From positions 2,542,001-2,606,000 of the forward strand of contig NEEC01000002.1 of NCBI GenBank assembly GCA_002189035.1: a stretch of 64,000 nucleotides of DNA. Reading direction: 5' to 3'. The translations under genes and the position numbers were made by a program. Below are positions 1 through 13,658 of the stretch, piece after piece. The notes under the pieces are model-generated. The model saw only the letters and a program-made list of their open reading frames with translations. It ran no database searches and had not been told where the DNA came from. Numbering within the stretch: the stretch's first letter is position 1; every line of letters begins with the position of its first letter. Source of the stretch: Utricularia gibba. Lineage: Eukaryota > Plantae > Magnoliophyta.

Positions 1-220
1 CATATTTTTGTTCAATTCTTTTTTTTTTTCCTTGATGTTGGCCAATATCTTTCCTCACAAGGGTGTAAGGGTGTGTCATGTTTGACTCAAGGATGGATGT
101 TGCATTCATTATGGTGTTTCGTTTCAGATTTTGTGCCTTATACTGAATGAAAGCTGGCTCATATCTGTGGTTTAGTATATTTATCCATTGTTTGATTACC
201 ATGTTGAATCTGTTCTTCAG

Positions 221-667
221 TTTATTGGGAATTATCAAGAAACACTTGGTGCTAAGACTGGGTGGGGTTCAGGTAAGATTCCGTCTTTGGCTATGGATGA
301 TTATTTTCATTGAATTTATACTTTTTAGAGCTGAGGCCACATGTAGATCATCTAAGGCTAGTTTTCTCTTTCCTCCTTCATATGCAAATTCTTCAGTTCT
401 TGTAGCAGAAGCTGTGGCACTGGTAGCAGCTAGCACCGTTCATCGTGTTTGTATCACAACTTGGTAATCCACCATCTCACAGATGTTATCAAAGCTGTGT
501 CCCTTCTGAAAATATTTTTAAGAATGTGGATGTGCTGTGGGTATCTAGTAATTCTCGATTTGTTTGGTGCGTGCAGTTTATTGTTCTCTGCTGTTCTGCT
601 GTATGAGGTCAACAAACTCTCAGAAGTATTGCTGTCCAAGAGTGAGCCGAAGGCTAAAAGGTTTTGA
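221..667 (+). CDS. KRTCAP2: Keratinocyte-associated protein 2 / OST accessory subunit KCP2 homolog, last three exons (221-272, 397-463, 577-667); 5' part lies before the window
   Basis: GT-AG splicing gives FIGNYQETLGAKTGWGS-VLVAEAVALVAASTVHRVCITTC-LLFSAVLLYEVNKLSEVLLSKSEPKAKRF*. The TVHRVCITTC motif matches the recalled KRTCAP2 family. Confidence 0.9.
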
Positions 668-1191
668 GTGAAATTTTACGTGCATTTGTAGAGAGTGTCT
701 CAATGGGCATTGCATCCAGTTCTTCCATTCTGCTTGACTGATAGGTTGACAGCCATTGACGACTCTGTGTGCTCATATGCTACCTTTTAACCAATGAAAT
801 TCTAGATTGGCAGCTTGTCTTGTGCCATATGAAATATGTTATTTTGGTAATACGATGAAGCAGTAAAAATAATACTTTTAAGTAATAAAAATTTCATAAA
901 TATTCAGTTTAATAATAAATTGCTTTTGAAATATTAAAACTATCCAGACAATAAAGAAAAAATGAATTTCTTTTGGAAGATAATTCACTTAAAAAGCAAA
1001 TTCGCTAAAATGTAGGGTCATTTACAAATCGGATCACCTTAACACTGTCACAGTAGTTAGAAGATGGTCAGATTTCTAAATGACCCTAAAATGCATTTTA
1101 AAATATATTTTGTTTTTGAAGCAATATTTATTATATAGCGGGGGCAAAATATGAGGGTTAAAAGGGTAAAATGAGACCCAATAGAATGGGG

Positions 1192-1222
1192 CAATTCCAA
1201 TTCCGATTCCAATTCCAATCCC
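1192..1222 (+). repeat. Short hexamer tandem repeat (CAATTC)~5 upstream of the F-box gene
   Basis: caattc caattc cgattc caattc caatc read directly. Confidence 0.7.
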
Positions 1223-1464
1223 TATCGCAGTTCGGGGAATTGTCCCTTGTGTGAATGCGGCCCCAATATCTGTGATCTTCTTCTCTGCATCACAAAATGC
1301 ACAGATAGATGTCGACAAATATCTAGTTTTGATGGCAAACACCAGTCACTACAAAGGGAAGAGTCCTGGTCGGCGAATTTCACCCCGAGTTGGAGGAGTT
1401 TCCTTGACGATGCGTTTCGCTGTTTGGGGTGCGGAAGAAACCCTATCACTCTGGAACCAGCGAC

Positions 1465-3253
1465 ATGTCATCGTCTTCACCTGATAAGAGTCCGATTTTG
1501 GAGCCCATCAAGGCCAGAAAGAACCGGCCTTTGAGCTGGTCCGATCAGTTTTCCGGGGACCCAAATGAGGCCTTGAAGCATGTAATCCTTAAAATGCGTC
1601 TTCAGTCTATTTCTAATTCTGGTTCCACAACGCCCCCCTCGGAGTCTGAACCAGATTCCGCCGATTCGTTGACACCCAACGTACTTTCCGGTTCCACGGA
1701 TTGCTTCGCGCTGTTGAATGATGAGTTGTTGCTTGATGTTTTGAGAAGGGTTTCGGATAGGAAACAGCATATTTCCAACTCGTTGGTTTGCAAGAGATGG
1801 TGTGTGTTATGTGGGAAGCTGATTCAATCGATTACATTGTTGGACTGGGAGTTTTTAGAGTTAGCGAGACTGGGTTTTCGTTTCCCCAATTTGGTTGACA
1901 TCAATATCGTGCCTGCTTGTATTAAATTTGAGATGAATTCTGGGATTTTGTTGCATGCAAGAAATTTGGGGGTTTATTTGAATTCTGGGGATTTCGAAAC
2001 TGGTGGCTTGTTTGTTACCAAGGAGGGCATTCTAGATTCTGAAACTATTGATAGGGGGGTGAGGATTTTGGCTATGGGTTGTCGCAGTTTGAGACGAATA
2101 GCTTTGATGAATGTAAGTGAGGAAGCACTAAGGTGTTTAGGCAAGGAGTGCGAGATGTTGCAAGAGATGGAGCTGCATTGTTGCAGTGAATTAGCTTTGA
2201 AGGGAATATGTGATTGCCAGAACCTTCAAATTGTTAAGATGATTGGAAGGATAGATGGAGTGTATGATATCGGGTTTTCTGACATTGGGATGACAATTAT
2301 GGCACAGGGATGTCGGCGTCTGTTGAAGCTCGAGTTAGTTGGATGTGAGGGAGTTTCGATGGGATTAAGGCTATTGGAATGTGCTGTCAGATGTTAGAGG
2401 AGCTCACTCTATGTGATCATAGGATGGAAGGTGGATGGCTGTCAGCTTTGTGCTACTGTACAAATCTGAAGATTTTGAGTATCCATTCCTCCATGTATAT
2501 TGATGAGAATCCTGTAGTAGATCAGTATTTAGGCCCATGTCCGATGCTCGAGGAGCTCCATTTGAGGAGATGTCGTCTGCACAGCAAAGAGAGTGTAATG
2601 TCTCTGTTTTTAGTTTGCCAAAGAATACGGGAGCTCGTGATTGAGGATTGCTGGGGACTCGACAACAATACTTTTGCCTCTGCAAATATATTAAGGTAGT
2701 CCTCCTTATCTTTTGAGCTACATAATCACCATGAGAGGGCGTGCTAACTGCTTTAGGAAACATTCTGACATTGTATTCATTAGTTGATGATGGATATGAT
2801 CTTATGATAAACACTCTTATAGTGTATATATTGTATCTGTAATGCCTAATGTTTTACCAGATTTTTTACTTCATTTGTATGTGATTCAATCCATCAACCG
2901 TTCATTCATAATTATTCCCATACTGAGATATTCATTCACCAAGATTTGGAAATCTTATCCAAACATGCATTCTTGCCTCTGCTTGCAGGGGCGTGCGGTC
3001 TCTCTCTCTGGAAGGATGTTCACTTCTCACAACAGAAGGACTGGAGTCTATCGTTCTTTCATGGAACGAGCTTGCAAGGCTAAAAGTAATTTCATGCAAC
3101 AGCATCAGGGATAGCGAGATAAGACCTGAACTAGCAGCACTGTTCTCCGTCCTCAAGGAACTCAAGTGGAGGCCGAATTCCAAATCCTTTCTATCCACGG
3201 GCCTGCAGGGTACAGGTGTCAGCCAACCAGGAAGATCCCTGCGGGGCAAGTGA
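1465..3253 (+). CDS. F-box/LRR protein (At5g07670/At5g51380-like), 2 exons (1465-2695, 2989-3253), with a 1-nt frameshift at 2349-2351
   Basis: F-box motif [14 protein letters not shown]...SLVCKRWC and LRR-type repeats. ORFs 1429-2397, 2379-2699 and 2993-3253 join through one frameshift and one GT-AG intron. ATG at 1465 (the ORF-track start 1429 is GTG). Confidence 0.85.
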
Positions 3254-4351
3254 ATGATGTAGGTATGCTCACTCATACAGGAGCCCAAAACCTTCTACCT
3301 TTAGCTAGAGCATGATGCTTGTTGCCCTGGTTATGGAGCACCATTTTTTCTTTTTTGAATGTGAAGCTTCACGGGGAGTAGATGATACTTGGATGCATAT
3401 TTTCTAGTGTTTCATTGTGATCTCACACCCCCTGTTTCTTTTCTTCTAGACAGTAGACATCATTCTTTCCAAAAGAAAACGCCATTGGAATGAAGTATAC
3501 TATGGAAATCATTTCTTTCTCTGGCCAGTGGATTCCATTTTTGTTTCCAAGCCAGTTTTTGAGATTGCCTAAATAAGTGTAATTCTGCGGAAGATCTTTA
3601 TTACATATTTGCTAATGAAGAAAATCTCATTGATGGATATGGACAACTTCGGTGGTTCGAGATGCCGCTGTTTGTCTGTTTTAATGAAAGTTGGACTGAG
3701 AAATGGGAATTTAAAAGACTAAAATGCCCCATACCAAATATACCAATATATAAAGAGGCGAGGAGAAAACCTAGAATGAAATTTGTCTCGATTCTGGAAT
3801 TTCCGCCAGGGCAAGAAGGTTAGATCTGATTCATCGTCTCTATTCTCGTCTGATCTTTACGTTGTATGTGGTTCTCCATCGATGGATTCTGTGTTTTTAT
3901 TTCTCCGATATATCACATGAATCGTGTAGTTCAGAGATCTGAGTTTGCGGGTTCAAGAACGTTGGGTTTATGGTTTTTTTCGAACGAATTTTGACCCCTT
4001 TTCAATTCGTCTGCGAATCAGCGCCGTGTGTAGGTATATCTTTGATTTAGGTTTTACGTGTGATATTTGGTGATTTTTTCTTGGAAACTACGGCGTTTCA
4101 GATGCTCGATTTTATGTGTTCTGAAACTCGATCATACCTCTAGTGTGATTGCATCAGAATTGTTATCCCTGAACATGTGCCGTTCCCTGTAAAATAAAAT
4201 ATTTATGTAGCAGGTTGGATTTCTGGAATGCGACTTCGCCATTCTTTTGCTGATTAGTTTGAATATTGATGACTTGCATGTTTTCAAGCTATCTTGTTTG
4301 ATGTTTGACAGTTGTGCAAGGCATCAGAAAAAAAAATTGAGGTTGTAGAAA

Positions 4352-4600
4352 ATGGCATCTGGTGGAGCTGCACCTCAGAGAGGAACTGCTGCCGCAGCTG
4401 CAGCAAACCTTCGGCGGAGGAGAACTGCATCTGCCGGAGCTGCTGGTGGAGCAGGTGGGACGATGCTTCAATTCTACACCGACGATGCTCCTGGGCTGAA
4501 GATCTCACCGAATGTTGTGCTGATCATGAGCATTGGCTTCATCGCCTTTGTGGCAATACTTCATGTCATGGGGAAACTCTACTTCGTGCGCAGAGAGTAG
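4352..4600 (+). CDS. SEC61B: Protein transport protein Sec61 subunit beta, intronless CDS
   Basis: 82-aa ORF with [18 protein letters not shown] and a C-terminal TM helix ending LHVMGKLY. Confidence 0.97.
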   Translation: MASGGAAPQRGTAAAAAANLRRRRTASAGAAGGAGGTMLQFYTDDAPGLKISPNVVLIMSIGFIAFVAILHVMGKLYFVRRE

Positions 4601-6048
4601 TCGTTGCAGTCACATGTATCTGGAATTTTTGTACTGTTAAGACGGGCCCCTTTTCGAACTTCATGAATTGTAGCGCACTGCCTTGAGCCCCTAAGCGACT
4701 GGACTTCACCTATTTGTCCATGCTTTTGGTTTGAATCTGTGTTTTAAAATCATGAATTTATTATTAAATTCAATTCAATTGGTTTCGACCAATATTTTAC
4801 TATTTGATAAAATTAGTTACCATAGTGAATTGATACTATACATCATCATTTCTATTACATAAAAATTGACCTCTAGTAATACATTTTTCTTTTGACCTCA
4901 TATTATCTTGATATCAAATGTAATAATCCATATTCTCATTATATAATATTATTCGCTTCTTACACTCAATTCTTATCATTTTAATTTCATTTTTTTATAG
5001 AGAAAATGTCTCGTGAAGATTAGAAGAGTATTTTTATTCAAATATGTTTTTTATTTCATTCATAATCAATGTGGAATATCATCTCAAGATCCCTAACCTT
5101 ATATTCTTCCTCTTTTAGATATTTAGGTACCTGCTGAATGTCTTTTTATCTCATCATTAGTACAAGTTCGATTTTGACTCTGATACCAAATATTACAATA
5201 TTCTTTGTATATTAAAATTAATTTAATAATTAATTAATTGCCATTCATTCAAGATAACTATCATTCATGTGCAACATTAATTCATTGCTTTTCAATTTAT
5301 GTTCTCAAAAATGAAAAAAAAAGCACAAATAATTGCATTTTTAAGAAAAATAATTCTCATAAAATAAAGGATGAGGATTTCCAATGTGTTAAAGTGTTTT
5401 TAGATATAATAAAAATAATTATTTAAATTTAATATATTTTTTAAAAAATTATTGATTTAAGTCGAAAAAATATGTCTTCAGATTAAATCAAATTTAATAC
5501 TGGATTTTGAAACATTGATGCTGAGAAAAGAAAGTGTAGAAAAATGCAGAGGACGAAAGTGGGCTGATAAAAAAGAAGAAGACGAAAGCCCACATTGCAG
5601 GCCTCATAAAGGAGCCCAATTGCAGGGTAAGGGTGAATTTGTAATGATAAGATGACGAATTTAGCCCTTGCGGTGTCAGATTGCTCTGCTGCGCCTGTGC
5701 TCGTTGATCCATATTTCTGGCTCTTTCTCCCGCTCCGTGAAAACTGATGTGATTTATCGATCATTGTTTTTGTTTACAGATTTTTTACGGTAATAAGAAT
5801 TGAAGAAGCCGTAAACTCTCCCCTTCACTGGATTATGGCGTCTTTGTTTTAGGGTGGCATATGTAAAGCTTGTTACTTCGCATAATATCTTCTTCTATCG
5901 AGGTCTAGAGTTTCCAAGATCCGTTTCTCCCATACAGGAATTGTGTAGAAGCTGCGTCTGGATTGTTTGTTCTGTTTGCTGGGCGAATTCGTACCCCTGT
6001 GGCTTTTGAGTAAAAGTGATGATTTAGGGTTTTGGGGGTAGGTTTCGA

Positions 6049-9000
6049 ATGGGTAGGGCTGGTGAGGCTGACAGAAAGAGGCGTCATGTTGATGCCATAT
6101 CTCCTACTGCAGCAGCCGCTCCCAAGAAGCAGACCTTTATTCCCGTATCCGAGGAAAAAAAGGTTCTTGTTGTTTTCGCCATTGTGTTTGCATTTAACTA
6201 TTCAGTCACTGTACTCTCAAAGCATACGACAAATTGTAGCTCTAGTGATCGAATGAAGCTTTTAAGAGAGGGTTTTCGCTATTCATGTGTTACCGGTATT
6301 GTGTTTTGTGATTCTTCAATATTTTTGTGAATACGAATAATCTTGGGCGTTGTCTTCCAGAAATAAAGATAAAGAATGCATGCAGACTAATTAGCTTGGT
6401 GCATTTACAGTATTTACCAGCCTTCTTGATCTTGCTCATCAGTAGATTGGACATTTGGACAACTTAATCTGATTCTCTCGTTTTCTGTAGTTGAATGCCG
6501 TGGTGCTTCAGTTCCAAAATCAAAAGCTGAATCAGAAGTTGGAGACTCAGAAGCTTGATATATATGCTCTTAAAAACAAATTATCTCAGTTGCAGGATCG
6601 TCAAAATTCACATGATGGTGTGTTATCTGTGGTCAATGATTCTTGGAGAAAGGTACTTTTTTTTTTTCACATTCAGGTGTTTGAAGTGAAATTCAAAAGT
6701 AATGGTATCTGAGTGTCTGGTTCCCTCTTTTTTGGCAATGCAAAATGATCGTAATTAAATTATATTAAATCCAAAATTGATACTGGGGCACACATGACCT
6801 TGTGCTATTACTATTGGTTGCCTGAGCACCTACACTTGTAAATTAGTGAGTCGATGTCCCTTCAGAGTCATAATTCTGTAGCATTCTGCAGCTTGAATTT
6901 GGCTACTTTTGTGATTACTTGTTTAGTATGTATTGCTATTAAAGAGCATGAAGCTTTTGAATATCGAAGTGGTCCCCAATATTTGAGTGCTAAGAGTTGT
7001 ACCAATGCCATATCTTTGAATGCCGATTGTTTATTCATCACCAGGTAGTTGATGATGTGGAATCATGTTCTAAGAACATCTTGTACAGTGTGCAACAAGG
7101 GCGGCACCTTGATAGTGTGGCAGGGAATGAAGGTAAGTGGATCATATTTTTCGAGAAATGTGTTATCATCTTTTCTTTCCACTGTTGATATCCCCATGTT
7201 ATATGTATTTTAAACTGTATATTGGATAACAATTCCAATCATTTATATTTTTTAGGGGGTGATGTGTATCCAGAAGATGCCTTATTAAGCCGACTTTTAG
7301 AAAAACAAGGTGCAACTGAATGTAGCACTTCTTCTGTGAGTTCAGATGAAAATTGCCATGATGTGGACAAGGGAATGGAAAATGTATGTTGCAATATAAT
7401 AGCCTCATTCGATGACCTGAACAAGTTGAAGCACATGCTCTATTTAGAGACTCTCAAAGCAGTCTCATCTCATGGTACCTTCTCGTGCCATCTTTTTATT
7501 GTACTAATTTGCAAGTATTCTTTACTATTTTTACATTATAAACGTTTTGTGTTCTACTTTTAATTGCTTTTTTTTATCTAATTCATCCTGTACATCAACA
7601 TGCTACTGTTTTTTGTACTCTTTTCACCCATCATAGGACAGAGCCAGGTGGTTTCATCAAATGTACAGACCGAGGTCCAGAAACTGAGAATAGAGGTTCT
7701 GAGGCTCCACTTAAAACATAAATCAATTGCTCGCGAGCTGCAAAACCATAGAGATGCTGATGCAAAAAATAAGGCCACTATGAGGCGCTTAAAAAGTATC
7801 GTTTCATTTTTTTTTCTCTTTTACCAAAGTTCATTATCTGTACATGGTGATTTTTGGCTTCAGTATGCTGTCACATGTAGCTTTCTGTTTGGAACCATTG
7901 CTGTCTGGCCATACTAGCTGATAGTTCTAATTTTTCTGGTCTTCATTGTCATGGTTTTATTTCTTGAATGTGATTTCAACACGATGGGACTCTTTAGGAG
8001 CTCGATTTTTTTTTTGTTTTCTGGACTAGTTACGTTGGAATGGTTGGATATCATGATGATTCTGTCAGCTTTTGGAACTTATATTAAATCTTCGTGCACT
8101 CATCTGTGCCTCTCGTTGGTTTTTCTCGTCATTTAAACACTTCCCACCCCATCTTTTCCCCTTTTATAGTTTTTCTCGTTGCTGTCTGGCCATACTAGCT
8201 GATAGTTCTAATTTTTCTGGTCTTCATTGTCATGGTTTTATTTCTTGAATGTGATTTCAACACGATGGGACTCTTTAGGAGCTCGATTTTTTTTTTGTTT
8301 TCTGGACTAGTTACGTTGGAATGGTTGGATATCATGATGATTCTGTCAGCTTTTGGAACTTATATTAAATCTTCGTGCACTCATCTGTGCCTCTCGTTGG
8401 TTTTTCTCGTCATTTAAACACTTCCCACCCCATCTTTTCCCCTTTTATAGGAGATTTGGAGACAAATTTGGCTGATCTGGAAGAAAGTAACAGAAATTTG
8501 GCAATTCTTTATGCTGAACGAGATGCTGGACATGGAACAACTTCTGTGGTACCGAATCATGGAAATAAGCTGGCTGGTGATGATAAAGTGACGGACAAAC
8601 AGGGTGAATTGCATGGCATGGAGACCATGCTGAATGATCTAGTGGTGCTGCACATTTTTCTTGTTGGATTAATGCCACGCCCCCCCCCCCCTTCCTGTTG
8701 TGATATTTAGAACAGCAGTCTTGCTTGTATTCAGGGCAATCAACTTCTAGGATGTCTGAGCTCAAGCGTGCTCATGAAGAAAGGCTGCGCCTGCTAGATC
8801 AATTGTCAAGATTGCAGGTTCATTTGTGTCAAGTTTATCCAATCTTTGTTCTCAAGACTTCACCACTACGTTTTGTGTTAGCCAGTTTTTTTTTTTTGGG
8901 GGGGGGTCAGAGCTACCTAAAGAATGTGAAGCGCATTTGTGCTGCCCAACCATATCTCATGCTGAAAAGTCAGTTATCAAAGGCCAAGTCAGATTTTGCA

Positions 9001-12000
9001 CACTATCAGTCACTTGTTGAAAAATTGCAGGTTTCTTTGCGACTTTCTATTCTTGATTTTCTATGATTCTGTTGGGAGCGTGTCTACTATGTTTACATAT
9101 TTTCCTGTATCAGGTGGAGAAGGAAAGTGTTTACTGGAAGGAAAAGGATGTTCAAATGAAAAATGAGTTTGTTGATGTTCTTCGTGCATCTTCTGCTGTT
9201 GCTGAGTTCAGAGTAAATGAACTGGAGGCCGAACTCCAGAGATGTGTGAAAGAAAAAAGTCGAATTGAGTCGAAACTGCAAGAAGCCTCTAAAGAGCCTG
9301 GTATGGAATTTGACACTTCAATTTTCAGTTTTGGGGCTTCTCTGCAAATTTTGTTGCATCTATGCTTGTTTCACTTTTCCAGGTAGGAAAGAAATAATAG
9401 CAGGGTTCAAGGCTTTAGTGTCATCATTCCCTGAGAGAATGGGAAACATGCAAAATCAGTTAGCTGTTCACAAGGAAACTGCTGCAGACATCCACATTAT
9501 GCGTGCATGTGTTTCTTCACTAACTGATATTCTTGATCGCAAGGTTTTTTCCACTGCTTTGGTTTTTTGTCCTTTGTGAACGTTTTTGGGTCTCAGTATC
9601 GAGTGTGATTCGCTATGTCAGTTGAAGGAACTGGAAACTCTGAATCAAAGGACATCTCAGCAAAGGTCTGAAATTCAGAGACTCCAAGCAGTGGTATGAG
9701 AAATAGTTTTAGTGGAGCAGTGTTGGTGATATTTGAAAATGCTTCTTCTACCATTTATTATAAAAGAAAAACAATTTTTTTGTGTCCTTGCAGATAGAAG
9801 ATTTGGAATCAAATAAGGCAAAACTGAGGCATCTTGTGGAACAGTATCAGCACAAATCAACTGATTCTAGGTCAATTATGTTTTTTTATTTTGAAAATTA
9901 TCACATTGCTGTATTGAAGTACTTGCGAAGAATCGTCAAGATGTTGAATTTATCAAAATGTATCATTGTAATGACTATAGAGTTGAGTATTTAGATAACT
10001 ATTTCTCTAAGTGTTTCACAAGATAGTGGAGGACTGGTAGTCTTAATCTGTAAGGGCTTTAATGCGATTTTAAACTTTATGAAGTCATTCAAACTAATCT
10101 CAGTAGATAATGAGGTTGGTATATGTTCATAGGATTGGTTCTTTTGATTAAATTTAACTTTATTTTTCATCTGAGTATGTCTGTAGGGAAGTGAATGAAG
10201 CTAGAAATTCTGAAATCAAGGCATGGGCCCATGTTCAGAGGCTTCAGTCATCTCTAGATGAATGTAATTTGGAGTTGCGAGTAAAAGTTGCAATTGAAGC
10301 TGAAGCAAAAGTGCAGCAGAGATTAGCTGCCTCAGAGGCAGAGATTGTTGAACTCAGACAAAAGTTAGAAGCATCTAAGCGGTATTTCAGTTCTCTGGAG
10401 CTAGTCTGATTAATTTATTTTTGTTTCTTTAGCATAAATTCTGTTGTCATCTATTGCTTCTACTGCTTGAGTTAGTGGTTGATGGCAATGTTTATTTCGA
10501 AACTTGTATTCGTGGGAAACTGATTAGTTGAACTCTAGATATTGACTATTGGGTGGAAGTTCTTCACTGCGGTTGCCTTTTGGTATTGGGGATAATTTTC
10601 AAATTAGGCTGTTTGGTTACTGCAATTTTTTTCATTGGGGAAGAGAGAAGGGATTCTCAGATAAAAAATAAAGAAAGAATATCATAGTTAAGATCAATTA
10701 CTTCTACAGCTGCAAGAAAGAAGTCATATGTATTGATTATTGCTTAGCTCGTTTTGTGTGGGCATTGATTGCGTAAGATATTAGTTTAATGTGAAGAATA
10801 GTAGATTATGGGTGCTTTACTTTTTGTAAGCTTTCAAGTTCGGGTTGATGTTTGCAGAGATAAGGCTAAGCTCACCGAGTTCTTGAAGTCAAAGCATGAA
10901 GAAACTGAAGCTTACATGTCAGAGATCGAGGTTTGTTTTTGAATACATCGATTGATATAAAATGTCAATTATTTCTACTGGAGTAGATTGAGTTGATGAA
11001 CTATTTTTCGGCCAGACTATTGGGCAGGCATATGACGATATGCAAACTCAAAACCAACAACTTTTGCAACAAGTCACTGAGATAGATGACTATAATGTCA
11101 AGGTACATTTTTCAGTCTTCCTGGAACACATCCATCATACGTGTGGCTCCAGCTGACCATGTTTTGTGGCTCAGTATTTCTTATCAAGCTTTTACATACC
11201 GGCTATCAAATTGTGGGTTGAAAGTCTCATGGGTTTCTGCATCCTTTCAGCTTGTTTTAGAGGGTCTCCGTGCAAGACAGATTGATGATTCTCTGCTCTT
11301 GGAAAAACGTATGCTTGAGAGCAATGTGCAGCATACCCAGAAAGTTGTCAATTTTTTGGACTTCCGAGCTGGTAGAATTGAAGATCAGGTAACTTCCGAA
11401 TGTATGAAGGATGTTCGACAACATTACAACTTACAAGTGAACTTTTATTTGCAGCTGAAGTCTTACTTTGATCACATCAAGAGATCTTCCGAAGACAAAG
11501 CTCACAATATCTCCTCTTTAGAAAATGTAGAAAAAAAGCTTGCAGATGTGAGAAACTCTTCTCAGCAACTGCTGGCCAGGCTCGAAGAGGCCCAGTCCCA
11601 AGTGGACCAAAGCCGCTCTTTCCTCGCCGAGACGCAGATAGAGCTAGAGACCGAAAGGTTTGCAGGGAGTTGATCATGTTTTGCAAGGAGTTGATCTTGC
11701 CTATTATCTTCTTCTTAAACTGCTCTCCTTTTCCCCCCTCTAGATTCGATAGAAGAAGAGTTGAAGAGCACCTAACTTCCCTGAGACGAAAAGCTGAGAA
11801 ACTGCGAACAGAATTCGAGAATTCATCCGTGCTCCAAAAGCTCCACAAAGAACTTAAGGAGTACAATGAAATCCTCAAGTGCAGCGTCTGCAATCAAAGA
11901 AGGAAAGAGGTAAGCTTCTCTTCTCCTATGGAGTGTCTTCTTCTCTGTTTTCCGAGAATGCTGATGGCGATGCATCATGCAGGTGGTCATCACGAAATGC

Positions 12001-12114
12001 TACCATCTCTTCTGCAATGCTTGTGTTCAGAGAGTGGTCGAAACCCGTCATCGCAAGTGCCCGACATGTGCTGCAAGCTTCGGAGTCAACGACGTGAAGC
12101 CTGTGTACATATGA
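6049..12114 (+). CDS. HUB1: E3 ubiquitin ligase BRE1-like 1 (histone H2B monoubiquitination), about 19 exons
   Basis: N-terminus MGRAGEADRKRRH..., exon 2 LNAVVLQFQNQKL, long coiled-coil exons with GT-AG boundaries. C-terminal RING LKCSVCNQRRKE-VVITKCYHLFCNACV...RKCPTCAASFGVNDVKPVYI* with stop at 12112-12114. Confidence 0.95.
7898..8450 (+). repeat. Direct tandem duplication of 272 bp (7898-8169 and 8179-8450) with a 9-bp spacer, inside HUB1 intron 5
   Basis: Identical 61-aa ORFs at 7951 and 8232 (offset 281). Both copies start TTGCTGTCTGGCC and end CCCCTTTTATAG; no mismatch found by eye. Confidence 0.97.
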
Positions 12115-12939
12115 TCTAGAAGAAGCAGCTTGGGAAGAAGATTCCTCTCCTTTTAAGCCACACTCGCCAAGGATGGGTGTACTTTGATACATGTAATGTA
12201 TATACTCCAGTTTAATTTAATATTCTTTGTTTTCCATATTTTTGACATTATATATTCCTATATAAATTATAATATTGGGGAATCAGAAGAAAACAGTAAA
12301 TTATCTCACTGACTATTAAGTGCATATATTTAATTTTCAGATGATACTATATTATTAATATCATCATATAGGTTAATATTATTATTTTCACATATTGTAA
12401 AAACATGATAATATTTTAAACTTTGATGTCATCAATATATTCTCTTTTTCAACATCTCATGTCATACCCTCCTTTTAATCCTTAGATATACACCAAACTA
12501 CTTACAATATTCACCATGGATAGTTTTGAAAATACAACAATATGAAAATACATATTTTGAAAATGTCGATTTAGATCTTTTACAAAATAGTCATCTTCCA
12601 TTTCTCTCTCACATTAAAAATAATTTTTTAAACATAGCATGATTCATTTTCCCACACACTCAAAATACAATACCTATTTTTTGTAATCTCAGATAGCATG
12701 CTAGGAATGCCCATCGAATTGTGAGCCTCATACTCAAGGCTGTAGGAGACAACCCTGAAAATCCTGGTTAGAATCAGTAGTTTTTTGAACTTACCATGTT
12801 CATAAAGTTCGTTTTTGGAGATTTGGGAGTTGATACTCTGGACGAAACGTTTGATTCTAAGGGATCTCAATCCAAACATCAGCGAAGAAATACTTCCACC
12901 TGAAATTCACACCAGAATCAAACCGTTTGGTTTCAGTTT

Positions 12940-13658
12940 TTACTTACCTACATTGCCAAGAAATATCTTCCTCGACAGATTAGCTGTGATGAGGGCAACA
13001 ACAGTGGCTGAAGGCGCAAAAACGACATCGGGGATTATCTTCACTGGGCGTAGCTGGGGGACTTTCTCGCATGCTTTCTTTGCTATCATGGCTGCTGGTG
13101 GAGTGATTATTCCTGTGATGAGGGTGGAGTCGTCCAGCTTGCTCAGGTTCACCTTCTTCTTCATGAACTCCATGAAAATTTCCTTCTTTTGTGAGTCGTT
13201 TGTAGCTGCTTGCCATCCTTCAAAGCATTCCTGTAGTTTCTTTGCATTTCAGGTGTGCATCGGAATGTAGCAGTGGGATTGTGAGGGAGGGTAACCTGAC
13301 CTGAACTTCCTTCATGGAGGGAACATCATAGTGTTTTCCAGGCAAAGCAGCATTGACAGTGCTGGGATCAAATAGTAAACCCAGTGCAGATTGAAGAAAA
13401 GTGTTGGAGCTTGGTGATCCTGAAGAGAGGTGAGAAATCCTGACCTGAAAATATCAAGAATTGCAGCATGAAACTCCTCTAGGTTTCTGATATCTTTCTC
13501 CACAAACTGCCGGTGAAGCGTTCCGATCACTAGACTCAGCATCTGGCTGGTCGGTAGGCCTGACATTCTCAATCGCTTATACAAGTGAAACCATAACAAG
13601 AAGAGGAGGATGACTGATCTCTCTCACCTTTTCCCAGTAAGCTCATAATCATACCCAT
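12940..13658 (-). CDS. Small plant-specific protein of the family annotated as calcium ion-binding protein, 4 exons
   Basis: Splices to MGMIMSLLGKG-LPTSQMLSLVIGTLHRQFVEKDIRNLEEFHAAILDIF-STVNAALPGKHYDVPSMKEVQ-ECFEGWQ...ITPPAAMIAKKACEKVPQL...FLGNVGK* with canonical GT-AG sites. Confidence 0.85.

Noticed and set aside
5178-5188. CTCTGATACCA, reverse complement of most of the tRNA-iMet primer-binding site of LTR retrotransposons
   Set aside because: No adjacent TG...CA LTR end, second LTR or gag/pol remnant seen; an 11-mer alone is insufficient.
7951-8417. Two identical 61-aa hydrophobic ORFs
   Set aside because: They are by-products of the intronic duplication in HUB1, with no independent gene signals.
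12815-13270. 151-aa plus-strand ORF
   Set aside because: Antisense shadow of the spliced minus-strand gene at 12940-13658.
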